DNA of 64,000 nt from the human T2T-CHM13v2.0 reference genome, Homo sapiens, in NCBI RefSeq assembly GCF_009914755.1, contig NC_060928.1. One strand, given 5' to 3'. Made by a program: the position numbers and the translations under genes. A model generated the notes under the pieces. The model was not told the DNA's origin. It did not search any database and was given only the letters and a program-made list of their open reading frames with translations. Shown piece by piece: positions 1 through 14,500 of this stretch (its first letter is position 1; every line of letters starts with the position of its first letter).

Positions 1-116
1 TTCCTGTTTTCAAAACTTAATACGAAGTAATAGTAATCAAGAGTATATGATTCTGACATAACAATAGGCATATAGGTATAAGTGGAGTAGATTCGGGAGT
101 CCAGAAAAAACTCATA
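1..116 (+). mobile_element. Old L1 (L1MB-like) ORF2 3' fragment, left part
   Basis: Resembles L1 ORF2 consensus 'ttcaaaacttactacaaagc...gagagtccagaaataaacccata'. Confidence 0.65.
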
Positions 117-240
117 TTAGGTGGATGCAAATGTAGTTGCAGCTTTTGCATTGTTGGAATGTACCATTTGATACTGGCATACATTCTTAAATAAATGTGG
201 TTATGTTTTATAGATAGATAGATAGATATCCCTATCATAA

Positions 241-617
<377 letters not shown>

Positions 618-655
618 ATGTTATATATAATTCTAATGGGCATTTCCCGTTTCGT

Positions 656-656
<1 letters not shown>

Positions 657-696
<40 letters not shown>
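657..696. repeat. (T)40 homopolymer
   Basis: Seen directly; an expansion of a short T run in the Hsmar1 5'UTR. Confidence 0.95.
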
Positions 697-699
<3 letters not shown>

Positions 700-1340
700 A
701 ATGACATCACTTGCTGTTTATGTTTATTTTAGACTATGGAAATGATGTTAGACAAAAACAAATCCAAGCGATTTTCTTATTTGAGTTCAAAATGGGTCGT
801 AAAAGAAGCGCAGACAACTCACGATATAAACAAAGCATTTGTCTCAGGAATTGCTAACGAACATACAGTGCATTCAAGAAGTTCAAGAAGTTTTGCAGAG
901 GAAAAGAGATCCTTGTAGATGAGGAGCATAGTGGCCAGACATCGGAAGTCCACAATGACCATTTGAGAGCAATCATTGAAGCTGTTTCTCTAACAACTAC
1001 ATGAGAAGTTGCCAAAGAACTCAAACCTTGACGATTCTACAGCCCTTTAGCATTTGAAGCAAATTGGAAAGCTGGGAAAATCTCGCTAAGTGGGTGCCTC
1101 ATGAGCTGAGCGAAAATTAAAAAATCCTCGTTTTGAAGTGTCATCTTCTCTTATTCTACACGACAAACCATTTCTTGATCTGATTGTGATGTGCGACAAA
1201 AAGTGACAACTGGCAACAACTAGCTCAGTGGTTGGAGTGAGAAAAAGCTCCAAAGCACTTCCCAAAGCCAAACTTGCACCAAATAAAGGTCATGGTCACT
1301 GTTTGGTGGTCGGGTCCACTGCAGCTTTCTGAATCTTCAG

Positions 1341-2300
1341 GCTTCAAAAGATACTATCAACAAAATTAAAAGATAACCTATAGAATGGGAAAAATATTTG
1401 CAAATTATCTATCTTGTAAACTTCTAGTCTTGAATGTATACAGAACTCTTGCAACTCGACAATAAGAGGACAAATAGCCAAATTTTTAAAAAGATAGACA
1501 AAGAATTTGAGCGGACATTTTTCCAAGGACAATACACAAATGGCTACCAAACACATGAAATATGTTCAACATCATTAATCATTAGAGAAATATAACTCAG
1601 AGTCACAATGAGATACCAGTTCACACCCACTGAGATAATTATAATTAAGACAGACAAGTGTTAGCTAGAATATAGAGATATTGGAACTCTTGTATGTTGC
1701 TGGTGGAAATGTAATATAGTACAGCTGCTTTGGAAATCAGTTCCTTAAAATGTTAAACATAGAGTTAACCTGTGACTTAGCAATTCGGCCTCAAGACATA
1801 TACTTAAGAGAAATGAAAAACGTAGGCAGACAAAAACTTGCACATAAATGTTCATAGCAGCATTATTTATAATCATTAGCAAGTAGAAACAATGCAGATG
1901 TTCATCAATTAATAAACGGATAAACAAAATGTGGTATATCCATACAATGCAATATTATTTAGTAATAAAAAAGAATGAACTACAGATACATGTTACAACA
2001 TGGATGAACTTGAAAACTTTATGCTAAGTGAGAGAATCCAGACACAAAAGGTCATATATTGTATGATTCCATTTATATGAAATGTCCAGAACAGGCAAAT
2101 CTATAAAGGAGGTTAGTGGTTACCAGAGGCTGGGAGGGGGATATGGGAAGTGATTGGTAATTAATACAGGTTTTCCTCTTGGGGAGATTAAAATGTGCTG
2201 AAATTAATAGTGGTGGTGGCTGTAAAATCTTGTTAAAATACTAAAAACTTCTGAATTGTACACTTTAAAAGGGTGACTATTATGTTATGTGAATTATATA
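1341..2300 (+). mobile_element. L1MB-like ORF2 end and 3'UTR
   Basis: Typical motifs 'agaatgggaaaaatatttgcaaat', 'aaaatgtggtatatccatacaatg', 'tgaattgtacactttaaaa'. Confidence 0.85.
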
Positions 2301-2336
2301 TTTTTTAAAATTGTAGAAAAATGAATCATTACTCAC

Positions 2337-2408
2337 CTTCATCTTTACTTGTTAAAAAAGTAGCTGTTGACATCAGAGACATTTTAAGTAATTCATTGGT
2401 GATTGTTC
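2337..2408 (-). CDS. EMCN: Endomucin coding exon 3 (GTITNELLKMSLMSTATFLTSKDE)
   Basis: Acceptor AAACTAG| at 2409-2410 and donor AAG|GTGAGT at 2335-2336; 72 nt, phase 1-1; translated by hand because it is too short for the ORF track. Confidence 0.95.
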
Positions 2409-2599
2409 CTAGTTTGATAAAATAGATTAAATTATTATTAATCATAATCTCATGTTATCTGTCAATAAATAAAGTAAGTTAAATCTATAGGTGGACTGGC
2501 ATTCTCCTTTGTCTATCTTTAATTTTTCCCATTTTCCAGTTCGTTTTGTCTAAAGAATATATGTATATTAAATATATGTATATTAAATATTTGGGTGGC

Positions 2600-2601
<2 letters not shown>

Positions 2602-2646
<45 letters not shown>
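2602..2646. repeat. (CA)~22 microsatellite in EMCN intron 2
   Basis: Perfect dinucleotide run. Confidence 0.97.
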
Positions 2647-2647
<1 letters not shown>

Positions 2648-2878
2648 TTTTCATAATAAGTCCCCAAAACAAGTTTCCACTGAAGATTGTTACTTAGGTA
2701 TCTTTAAACATGCAAAAAATTGTTACAAAATTCTAAATTCTAATGTTTAAAATCATTTTATTTTTCCCTGTGAGAAAAGTGACATGGTCAATAGGACTTA
2801 GGAGTATCATGCCTTTTTTTTTTCTAGAATTACATTTCATTTTACTGATGTAGTTATGGCAGTGAAACTTCTAAATGA

Positions 2879-3276
<398 letters not shown>

Positions 3277-3461
3277 TCTAGTCACATTTTTAATCTTAGT
3301 ATCAAGAATTATTCCTGGCATACACTAGGCATTTAGTCAATGTTGTTTCAACTAAGGAAGCACTCATATAACATATGAAAATCAACCAAGGGGCAAATCT
3401 GCCCTAAGTAGTCAACATGACTCATCAGTTTGATACCTACTCTCCAACTCTCTGTAATGGT

Positions 3462-3751
3462 CTTTCTCCCTCCCTCCCTCCCTCCCTCCCTTCTTCCTTC
3501 CTTCCTTTCTCCCTCCATCCCTCCCTCCCTTCCTTCCTTCTTTCTTTCCTTCCTTCCTTTTTTCCTTCCTTCTTTCCTTCCCCTTTTTCTTCTCTCCTTC
3601 TTGCTTGACAAGGTCTTGCTCTGTCACCCAGGCTGGAGTCCAGTGGTATGAGCATACCTCACTGCAGAATCAGACTTCTGGCCTCAAGTGATCCCCCAAT
3701 TTCAACCACCCAAAGTGCTGAGATTACAGGTGTGAGCCGCAGCACCCGGCC
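3462..3751 (-). mobile_element. Alu monomer (FRAM-like, 3606-3751) with tail expanded to a (TCCC/TTCC)n polypyrimidine tract (3462-3600)
   Basis: Monomeric Alu sequence adjacent to a nearly pure pyrimidine repeat. Confidence 0.8.
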
Positions 3752-5669
3752 CCTCTTCTTTGTTCCTTCCTTTTTTAACAATTTTATTTGCAGGTTTGTT
3801 GCATGGGCATATTGTGTGATTAGGGCAAAAAGCTATTTATTTTTAAAGATATTATATTATTTTGAGTCAATAAATGTTTATAATAGATTAAATCATTAAG
3901 ATATCATAATTTTATTCTCTGCAAAATTGTTTCTTAAACTAGCATTCATTCATGCCATTTTCCAAAACAATCTTTGAGAAACATGTTGAGTTCTATTTAG
4001 GCTACAACTGTTTCAAAGAAATGTCTAATTTGTAAACATTTCATATTTTGTGATGATAAAGTAAAAGCAAAATATCAACTTTGCCACTTCAAAATTCTAT
4101 GAAAAGGAGAAACCAAAAAATCATGTGCAAAGATATCCCAGGCACTTCATTTTCTATTCAAATATAACAGGGAACAGAAACACAATGAATAAAAGGAGAA
4201 AGACTACAGAGAAAAATGGGGTACGCAAACTCATTTTTTTCTGACTAATCATACAAGAAATTTCCAAGAATGTTTTTAAAATTTTGTTCTTTATAGTTGT
4301 ATCTAGTTAGTTTCTACATAGAGGATGTACAATGGAAACATCACCATATTGAGCACCCTGTGTGAGATAGGTGGCCAAAAGCATCAGGCTCCTTTACTGA
4401 CTTCAGCTGAAATTTCTGGTACTAAATATTTTATTATCAGAAACTGTTAGTATCACTGTTGAGAAACTTTTATTCCTGCATTATAATTCAACTCTAGTAT
4501 TGAAAAATACTAGACTATTCAACGTTTTTAAAATGAAGCTGAATAATAATCAACTTTTTAACTTAAATTAAATTTCAAGTTTCTTTTTTATCCTAGAAGT
4601 TCATTTTATGATAGGGATATTCAACATCTGTCAAATGTTGATTTTTAACTCCAGCCTTTTGGCCTTTGCACAAAATGTGCATTGCACTTGATGTACATCT
4701 AGGAAGAGGTCAAGTCCCATTTCTCTAATTGGGTGAATCTCTGAGAGCAAGCCCTGCTCCAGGCGAAGCTCTATCAATCACGTCTGCCACTTCAGTGATT
4801 ATGTTGCTGCAAGAAGAATTCTCATCTCAGTTGCACATTTTCCACTTTTTTGATGATAGAATTTCTGCCATTGGCAAGAAAAATAAATTGTATGTGATTT
4901 AGAAAGACATAAGCACTACTAGACCAATGATCTTTTGACCTTTAAACAAAAGAATTCTGATTAGGAAGCCTTAAAATGAAAACAAAGATGCTTTTCCATG
5001 TTGTGTTTTTTTGGTAAATACTTTCATCGTGGCTAAGAGGACCATACTGGACATGAGAAAGAGGGAATAAGGGACTTCTTCACTACAGATACCTTTTTTT
5101 TGTATTATTGAGTAATTTTAAAAATTATTATTTTGGAGAATGGGACAATGTATAAAACTCCTCCAAATTTAAGCCCCTCACAGTCCTGAAATTAGTAAGT
5201 CAAATTTACTGATACACAATCCCTAGAACATGATAATTCTTAAGATAAATTCTCCATCTCCTTTATTACTGTATACTAATTGCGTTGCTCTTTGGAAGAT
5301 GGGCATATTAAGTGTACTTAGTCTGACTCATCTAACCCTTAATACACAGTGGTGATCAAGTAAGCCAGACAAAAAGGAGTTATTTTCTCTGTTGTCTTTG
5401 TCCAATGTTGTTCCCTCATTCTCCTGTAAGCACCACGGACCCCAATTTGCCTAATGGCTTTCTCAGCCCTACCACTGTGCCAGAATTTCTGTTTCCCACT
5501 CTGGATCCAAGCAGCTGAGGACCTGAGAGCCTGCCTTTCCTGCTTTATCTCTCTTCCACCTCGCTCTCTCAGTAGCTCTCATTAGAGACCCTAGAATAGA
5601 CTAACCTCCTTCCTTTAATTTCCCTCCCACTGCTAGATTTATGTTTCGAGATTTTAACCCTTAAAATTC

Positions 5670-6015
5670 TCAAAATAAATATCAGATGATACTAAAGTAT
5701 TGTTATTTATTTGGAGGATTTGATGATGGCATGGTAGCTTTGTGATTGTCTATATTTTTTGAGATGCATATTTAATGTATAGAAGTAAACTGGCATGAAG
5801 TCTGGGTTCCCTTCAAAGTACCTTGACAACCAAATTAAGAGAGAGAGTGAAACAGAAAGAAGGCAGGAAGGGGAAATAAAAAGAAAAATGAAGCAAATGT
5901 GATAAAATCTAGATAAAGAGTGATTTGGGGAGATGGACATATGGAGATTAATTACAGTATTCTCTACTTTCGGATATAGCTGTCTATTTTTATAATAAAA
6001 ATTGATAAAAAGTAA
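5670..6015 (+). mobile_element. Old L1 (L1MC/L1ME-like) 3' end fragment
   Basis: 'gaagcaaatgtgataaaat...attctctacttt...ataataaaa' pattern. Confidence 0.5.
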
Positions 6016-7215
6016 AACTTCTCTGACCCATTACATTCTTTATAATTGTATATGAATAATTTAACACTCAAGTGCATAACTACTGAAGGACACAGACAAC
6101 AGTGTAGTTTATATTAAATGGGTAATATAAATCAGTGAAAGTGTCCCAAAAAAGGAGTGTGTGTGTGTATGTGTGGGTGTATGTATGTAACCTCAAGTAT
6201 TCTATGCACTTGCTTCAAAGAAGGATGCTTCAGTGTTCTGCTATGGAGGGCCCCAAGTAGTAAAGTTGCTAAAAATGGTTTGGTTTCATCTTATAATCAA
6301 ACAATGCAGAAATAATGGACTATGATCATAGTACTCTTTGTCTCTGAGAATCACCACCCTATTCAAGCCCAGCGAACTAGCTTTCATTGGTCTTCTGCAT
6401 ATGTTTGACCCTAGTCTTAGACTGAAAATTAAGGGGGGAATAGAAAGAGGTAAAAAAGACAGCATAAGAATTTCAGTTATCCATTCATCAAGATATATGA
6501 TTTTCTGGGGTCTTTCTATGACCTTAGCATTCTAACCAGAGTTTTTGTCCATAGACAATCCACAAATCTGTTTTCCATTGATTACAGGACCTGTGTGATA
6601 TGCCTTATTTTTTGTGTGTTGCAAGATGGGCAGATGCAGTATGCATTGCATTGATAATCTCTTGTTTTTTTTAATGGAAGTATTCTAATGGCTTTTAACA
6701 TTTTTGTGGATGGTAAAGTAATCTCCTTTAATACCTAGCTAGATATAGTTGTCACTCAGTCCAGCAACAATAATGATTACATTGCTACTGAAACCTACAA
6801 GTTAAATCTATTATCAACAGAATGCAACCAACAAAACCAATCTGTTATTAATACAGTTTCACCATGTTGGCTGTGCTGCTTAGGTGGAGAACTGGAATAT
6901 TTAGAAAGATATTTTATGACTTAGGACATGGCAATTTCTTTCTTCTCTAAAAATAAACTTTGTGTATGTAACATTCACAATAGAATCATTCTCAAACAGG
7001 TTGTGATCCCAAAGAATATCAACAAAGCGGCCCACTGAGATCTCAGGGTTTTGTATGGAACCCCAAATAACACATAATTTCAAAATCGTGAAATAGCACT
7101 GACCTTTATAACAATCAGATATAAGATCCCGAATTATTTTTTCATACTGATGTATATACATACTACTAATTTTATTTGTTAAAGTTAAACTAAATTTACT
7201 AACAGTTAATCCTAC

Positions 7216-7338
7216 CTTTAGGAGTTGTTCCAGTTGTTGGTGTGACAACATTTTTCTGTAATGATTCTGTGTTTGGTGTTGTTATAGATGGTTTTGTTGT
7301 AGTAACAACAAGTGAATTATTAGCTGCCTCTAAAACAC
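7216..7338 (-). CDS. EMCN: Endomucin coding exon 2 (Thr-rich mucin domain, GVLEAANNSL...TTGTTPK)
   Basis: Acceptor TTTTTTCAG| at 7339-7340 and donor AAG|GTAGGA at 7214-7215; 123 nt, phase 1-1, in frame with exon 1. Confidence 0.97.
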
Positions 7339-9141
7339 CTGAAAAAAGTAAAGTAGTTGCATTAACATTTACATATAGTTTGCCAATTAATAGACTAGTA
7401 TATTTAAACAAGTGTACTGGTCAGTAGAATGTGAATTTGCAACCAATTTTCCAGTTGTAATCAATTTATCCTTAGCTCAGCATTTATTCATTAACTGCAT
7501 CTACTTCTCCCCAGTGGCATGAATTTTCAAGATGGCTGGTAGGAGCAGTTTGTGGTTTCAGAGCAATATAATTTCTGAGAAAACTAATGAGGAATAAATG
7601 TATAAATCTGAAATTTAATAATATTTTTAATCCAACTAAACTAACCTTGCCAGATGAAATGCTTAAATGGGCACTCTCTGGGCAGTAGATGTTTCACTAA
7701 ATATTTTTACATCACATTAAAGTTATTAAGTAGTAAAATGTCAAAATTAGTATATGTCTTCTTGATATAAAGCACTCTATATAAATGTGTACTATATAAA
7801 GTATAAAATATAAAACATTATAATTAATAAAGACAAGAGTATACATATATACATATACATATATGTGTATATATATACACACACATATATATACACACAA
7901 AGATAAGTTCCAAAGAAAGACAATAATCTTTAATGAAATTCAACAACTGCAACATACTTAAAAGTAATAGGGCCACCATAAATCCACATTTTTTAATTGT
8001 TTATTTCTCTAAATTTTAACATTAATTGGGCAGGCAAAGGCACAGAAATGAAGGCAATACATTTTGATCCATATTATATATTTCTTTTAAATAAGGATTC
8101 TTAAAACTTCTATTGAAACAAATGATGAAATCAGTCTTCTGTAACAACCAGAGTTGGCAAAATCATCATTTCATTATTATTTTTCAAAGTGAAGTATGTA
8201 AGATTTAACTCAGTGTTCTATGAAAAGATTTACTTCACATAAAATTATTGTAATTTATTAGCATTTATAAAATATTTTTAGTCCTGTATTTTGTTGTTTT
8301 CATCTCTGGAAATACAGTTTTATGTTAAAAATCAAAATACAGCGAGCAAGTGTATAAGAGAATTTGGAAAAAAATATTCACGTCTATGGAAAGCATTGTT
8401 TTTTGTTGTTACTTGGTCTGGATAGAGTATATATACCATGTTAGTTAAGAGGATGGACTTTGAATAATACAGGCATATTCAAATCCCAGTCAAACTGGGT
8501 ATGTTATTATAGTAAATGTATGTCAATAGTATGACTTCTCAAATTTAAATTACATTTGAAATGTTCCTTTTGAATCTGAGAAAAACCAATAATCTAGCAT
8601 GTCAGTGAAACTAATATCTCAAATGTCATGACATAGAGAATACGTGCTGTATAATTTTATAGTCTTGAGATGCTTGGAACTGTTAGTTCTTAGCACTGAC
8701 TCTTTATAGATAGCACATAGAAATTGCTTGATGTATTCAGCACATAGAGAAAAGTGTTCAGCACATACAGAAATGATAGAACTGCATTTTCACAGGCTTT
8801 ATGGAAATCAAGTCAAAAGCTTTTTTCACCTCTGGAGGTGCACTTCACACCCTTGGTCTTACCTCCCTACCCCACAATATTCAGCAGGGAGCAGGAATGC
8901 AGCCTCTAGAAGCTTATCTTTTCTCCATTAGTCATTTTGTTCTGGCTATTTTTGTTTTAGCCTTAACTTCTATGATGTAACACTAATTTTAAATTTCATA
9001 TTGAGGTTGAAGAAATTACAAAATAAATACCACTTAGACAGGAAAATTCACCTATAAATAGCCTGAATGATCCTCACCTATGGACTTCCTAAATAGTAAC
9101 ATTCTTAATTTCTGAGCATAATCAACGTCTTTAGAGATGTT

Positions 9142-9272
9142 TTCCTTCCTTCCTTCCTTTCTTCCTTCCTTCCTTCTTCCCTTCCTCCCTTCCTTCTTTC
9201 CTCCCTCTTTCCTTCTTTCTCTTCCTTCCTCCTTCCTTCTTTCCCTTCCTTTCCTTCTCTCGTTTTCTCCCT
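9142..9272. repeat. (TTCC)n polypyrimidine microsatellite abutting an L2 3' end
   Basis: Seen directly; followed by the L2 hallmark 'aatatttattgagcaactac'. Confidence 0.9.
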
Positions 9273-10090
9273 CAATATTTATTGAGCAACTACTTATGTA
9301 AAAATCATGATTAGATACAATAAAAGACTCTATGATTTATCACATGATATCAAACATTACTTTCAGTCTGGTAGGAAATATAATGCCTATGCACAATAAA
9401 TAATAATGTATATCATATATGGGTTGTATAAACCAGTGTTTTTCATACTGCAGGTTGTGATACAATTAAAGAATAATTAAATCTCTGTAGTAGATTACAG
9501 TCAGAGCTTTTTCCAAGTTGGTAAAGAAAAGAAACAATATGAGAGTGGTATTGCAAATAATAGGGTAAGTATTGTTTCATGAAGCTTTGGTATAGGTGTG
9601 TGGGTGTGTGTTGTGTGTAAGTCTGCACGAAATGTGTGCCAATGCAAAATACATTTCTTAATGTGATTCTAGTTAAAAATTTGAAAGCTGCTGGACAAAC
9701 AATAAATTGGAAAAGACTTTATAAGATAAAATAAGACTACTCTGCTGGCATGAATAATGAATACTTCATGCTAGGAGCTAGGGCTGGAAGAGTAATAATA
9801 TATCCATGCAGGGAGAGGAAAGGGCATGAGCAGAGCTCTGGAGTGGAGAAGTGAAAGGTATTTCAGAGTACTGCAAACAGTTCTGTCTAGCTGGATTGCA
9901 GTGTGCTATGAAGGAACATAGTGCGCATGATCTGGGAAAATACTGAAGGCGAACTGTAGAGGACCATGAACACCCAGACCAAGATTTAAGATTTTATCAA
10001 GTCACTGGAGAGCCATGGAAAGTGACCAAACAGAAATTCCACCCTAGGAAAGACAATGGGAAAATGCATGGGGCAGAGAATGAGAAGACA
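9273..10090 (-). mobile_element. L2 remnants, probably interrupted by a hAT-type MER (~9433-9695)
   Basis: Degenerate L2 3'-end motifs; 'cagtgtttttcatactg...tttgaaagctgctg' resemble hAT-Charlie termini. Confidence 0.45.
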
Positions 10091-10419
10091 CCAGTTGGAT
10101 CAAGCTGCAAGCCTTCATTTTTATATTTATTAATGTCCTCTGCCCTTTTGAAGTCATCATGTGACATCAATGAGTTCACATCCAAAAAATGACTGTATGA
10201 AAACTACAATTAAGTGAATTTCTAACCACTGGTGCAGTAAGATTGAGATGTACTGTAAGGCTTTTCCTCCTCAACATCCTTAAACATATTTGGCCCCTGA
10301 TTTCCCCTGAGTCAAACTTTAATTAATTAGTACTCTTTAACATCTCTATTATTAGTTCTTTGGGTTGTTTAACAAACAGCATGCCCTCTTTTGGCAAGGG
10401 CTGACAACTCCTAAAAGTA

Positions 10420-10645
10420 CTGAGTGTGCCATATTCCAGGCTCAATGTAAATACTTTCTGTGGGTTATCTAATTTAAAGACACAAAGAGGCTCATATTCT
10501 TATGATCATCATTTTATGGATAAGCACACTGAGGCTCAAAAAGGGTAAACAGTTTGCCAACACTATGCACTGTTAAGTGATATAGTTGGTATTTAAATTC
10601 AGACAGCCTTGACTTCAGATAATATATTCTTAACCATCACACATC
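10420..10645 (-). mobile_element. MIR
   Basis: Core 'cattttatggataagcacactgaggctcaaaaagggtaaacagtttgcc'. Confidence 0.75.
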
Positions 10646-11722
10646 TGGCCATAAGAAGGTAGTGTTATGCAAAGCTACATACCTCAGCTCCAGCTGCTCT
10701 CTGCTTTTGACAGGGTGTGATAGTGACTAGGCACACACATGTTTTGCTCTTATGTAACTACAATGAGGAAATAGACAAAATAGTTCACTATTTTTTTCTT
10801 GAAAAAAACCAAACATTTCAAGTGCCACATATATACATGTGTATGTATACATACGAACACATAAAATGTTTCCATATTAGACTTCAAGCTTCAAAGGAAA
10901 TTTCCCACTGGATAACACTATTTAGATCTGAAAAATGCAAAAAAAAGTTTTTCATTTAGAAAAATTTTGCAACTGGAAACTTTGTCTTACCATGTGGTGG
11001 AAAAGAATTATTTCCTCTAACTACCATGGTTGAAGGTTTTGTAGACCATGATGCAAGTAACACCAGATATGCTTTTACTGTATTATCTGTAAATTCCTTC
11101 TAGGTCTTATTTGATTTTGTAATAAACCATTGAGAGGAATAGCTTATTCTAAAGTATCTCCTTTTCACAGGACATGGTGAGATACTATTTTTTTCCTCTG
11201 TATGTCAAAATGATTAAAGATAAATTTAACAAGGCAAATTGAGCCTCATGACTTTACTTGTGCCAAAGCAGATAGCGCTGCTCTTGGGATGTTGTAAGAG
11301 AAACAGATGGTATTTTGTCCTGATTCTACCCTGTCCCCATATATCCAGACTTAGAGAGCTCAAGGGATACTGTGATACGAGTTTCCTGTACTACAAAGGA
11401 TGAAGCATTATCTGAATATTAAGAAAATAACTATTCTAATTATAAAAATTCTATGATAGATTTTTGCTGAGGTCTTTCCATAGATTCTGAAATAGTTCTG
11501 TATTCTCTGAAGTTCAATATAGGAAATTCCCAAATGTGCACATATAGGGTCTTTAATGTGAACTTGCTTTGTTTTTTATCTTTGAGAATTCAGCTTATAG
11601 TTGGAAACTAAATATATTTTCTCTGTTTTCAAATGATAAAGTCATCTACTCTTTGTAATTACAAAGCATGTCTAATCTTTGTAATTATATTTTTAGATAA
11701 TTGTCAAATAGTCACTAAAAGG

Positions 11723-11848
11723 TTTTTGTTTAAAGGGACAGGGTCTTGCTATTTTTCTCAGACTGGCCTTGAACTCCTGCGCTCAAGATATCATCTCACC
11801 TATGCCTCCTGAGTAGCTAGGATTACAGGTGTGCACCATGACTGGCTA
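11723..11848 (-). mobile_element. FLAM (Alu left monomer)
   Basis: Monomeric Alu-like sequence. Confidence 0.75.
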
Positions 11849-14500
11849 AAGTCAGAGTTTTTATCCATTCTTATAATGAGTAGTGCTCTCTCCAGCTATC
11901 TTTCCTCTTTGGGACGGCGGATCACCTCTCCTTTACTAAGTCTACACCTAAAGTCCAGTAGAAATCCACTACTAAAGAAAGTAGATCTGGCTTCTTCTAG
12001 ATCAACATAAACATTGAAGACAGTAACTTAAAATTCCAGGATGATTTGAGATCGGGAAATAAATTTTTTGGTATCCTAATGAAATATAATCTTTGCATTT
12101 TCTAGCTTAGAAAAGTTATGAGTTTTAGGGTAGTTTCAGAAGATCATAGCACCAATTAGTAAAAAAGTTTCTTTTATTTCTATTTCAGTACTCTTGATTA
12201 CATGATATACAAAAATCTGTTTTTGTTTCTAATTATACTACTTGGGTATATGGAATGCACTTGCCCTCTGAATTATCTCTGAGAACATATTTACTTGCCA
12301 GTGTGCTCCATAAACAAAATTTTGGAAGGAAGGTTTAAACTCTTAAAGAAAATGATTTCTTCAAAAATATATAATTACGGTACATGCAAAATGCTAATTA
12401 CCAGGTGGTCTTATAAATGTCAAATGCCCTATTATTAGGTAATAATGTCATAACCTAGACCAACTAATTTATGGAATTGATATTAAAACAATTTTAATTC
12501 TTAACAACTTACAATGTCTTATTTCTACAAATTTATATGGTCTTCATGCATTGCTACCTTGTATTTATTCCCAGCAACTCAGTGTTTTACAATTTTTTGA
12601 AAATTTTATCTTAAAATAAAATAATTGCCAGTTTTTCAGTTATGATTTTGTGCATTTTTATTCTCTGGTGTATCACAGTATATCATGAACAAAAATGTAC
12701 TTCTTAAGTTTGCATGTAATGGCAATGCATAAATTGGGACTTATAAATGGTAGGAGGGTCCCTTTTCATTGTAATTTTTCAGTAATTGCTAACATTATAA
12801 TTCTTATTGTATACTTTCTATGGCAGCAAATGACCATTAATGAACTGTAAGTTGAAAATTTCTGTCTTTCTCACATATTAAAGAGATATATAAAATATAT
12901 ACATAAAAATATAATAAAATATACAAAAATAGATACAAATAAAATAAAGTACTGTTTCCATATTTGCATCAAATAGTCTTCATAAAAGACCTGGCACCAA
13001 CTTCTTTTTGATTATTAATTTCATATTAACACGGTTGTACACTAATGGTGATCCTTCTCTTTTGATATGGGAGAGGTCACTTTGATCCATGGCCAACCAC
13101 ATTAAATGCAGCAAATTTTTTCAGTTAAAAGAAAAAAATTATTATGTGATGATGCAACCTGGATAATTTCTTCTGTTTGCCTTCCTCCAAAAATTGTAAG
13201 ATATCATATAAAAATGTATAAGTAACTCATTAGCCAAGAGTCATTTGCCTCAATAAATATTTATTCAGCATCAATTTCAACAGGTGTTAAGCACAATTTT
13301 AAAATGTGTGTTTTTCCTAGAGTAACTTAAAAGTTTTTTTCTGATGCTTAAGCTATAAATACATGTGAAACAACTAGAAGATTATGCTTGCAGTTGTGCC
13401 ATATAAAAATGGTGTTATATAATTAGTACTATACATAGCTGGTTCTACACAATATTAAGTGAAATCAAAGTGAGGTCATGTCTCTCTACGTGTCTGGCAT
13501 AATCAGAAATTATTTTCTTGGAGGAAAATTTTTCAAGAAAAGCCAGATAACTGAACACAACAGGGAAAGAAAAAAGTTTATATTCAAATAGAAGAGGAAA
13601 ACCAATAGTGCCAATAATAGGAGGTCCAAAAAGGGACATTGACAATGTTACACATTAATAAGCCTAATATTTTGGGAGGGGAAATCAGGGAAATCCCATT
13701 TACAATGAAAACATCAGAGCTAGGGGCAACTCTTGTAAAAGAAGCTTTTAAATTTAAAGTACATTTTCAATTAAAGCTAAAAAGTATTGTAGCAAGCACA
13801 ACAGTTCTGAGAGTGTTTAAATTTCCTATATGAAATGACTTTGGAAGATAAGTAAGAAAATCTCATCTCTCGCAGAGAGAAAAATATTTAGATAAGTGGG
13901 AGAAAGCTGCACCTGAAAGAGGTATCTCCTCAGGTTGCCAGCCATCTGTGAGGTGGGGAGGGAGTGCCAAGCCTGGCAGGCTCTGAGATTGGACAGGTGT
14001 CTCAGCCACCTGGCCGCTCTGGGGAGAACAGGAAGACAGCATTCCAGTGGTGAGTTTGTTAAACAGAAAACAACAATATCTGCAAAATGGACCCAAGAAC
14101 CTGAGATTTCCTGGCTGACAAATGGATGGAGGTGTACAAGGTAAATTGCCTACACTCACCCAGGTGTCTTGTTCAAAAGTACGGGGCCATGCAGTTATTT
14201 TTCCTTCACAAATGGATAATTCTTCAAAGATCATGTTCCATAGTAATGAGATATTTTTAGATTGTGGACTTTAGTATAAGGAGTCATTTTATATATTATA
14301 GCCAGTTTGGTTGAGGAATTTCAAATCCTGAGGTAAAAAAGGCAAAGGTTACATTTAATATTTATAAATGTAGGAGTGGGAGGAAAAAGGAATATCTTGG
14401 CAATGCTCCTTGGCCTTCAGACACTTGTCCTGAGATCCCTTTCTTCCTCCATACAGTTCTCTGAATCTAGAAAGGAACTATGGTTCTGCAGCTCAAAAAC

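Noticed and set aside
736-1335. SETMAR or an active transposase
   Set aside because: No SET domain; frameshifted and truncated Hsmar1 copy.
3348-3655. Several overlapping low-complexity ORFs
   Set aside because: Artefacts of the (TTCC)n repeat and the Alu monomer.
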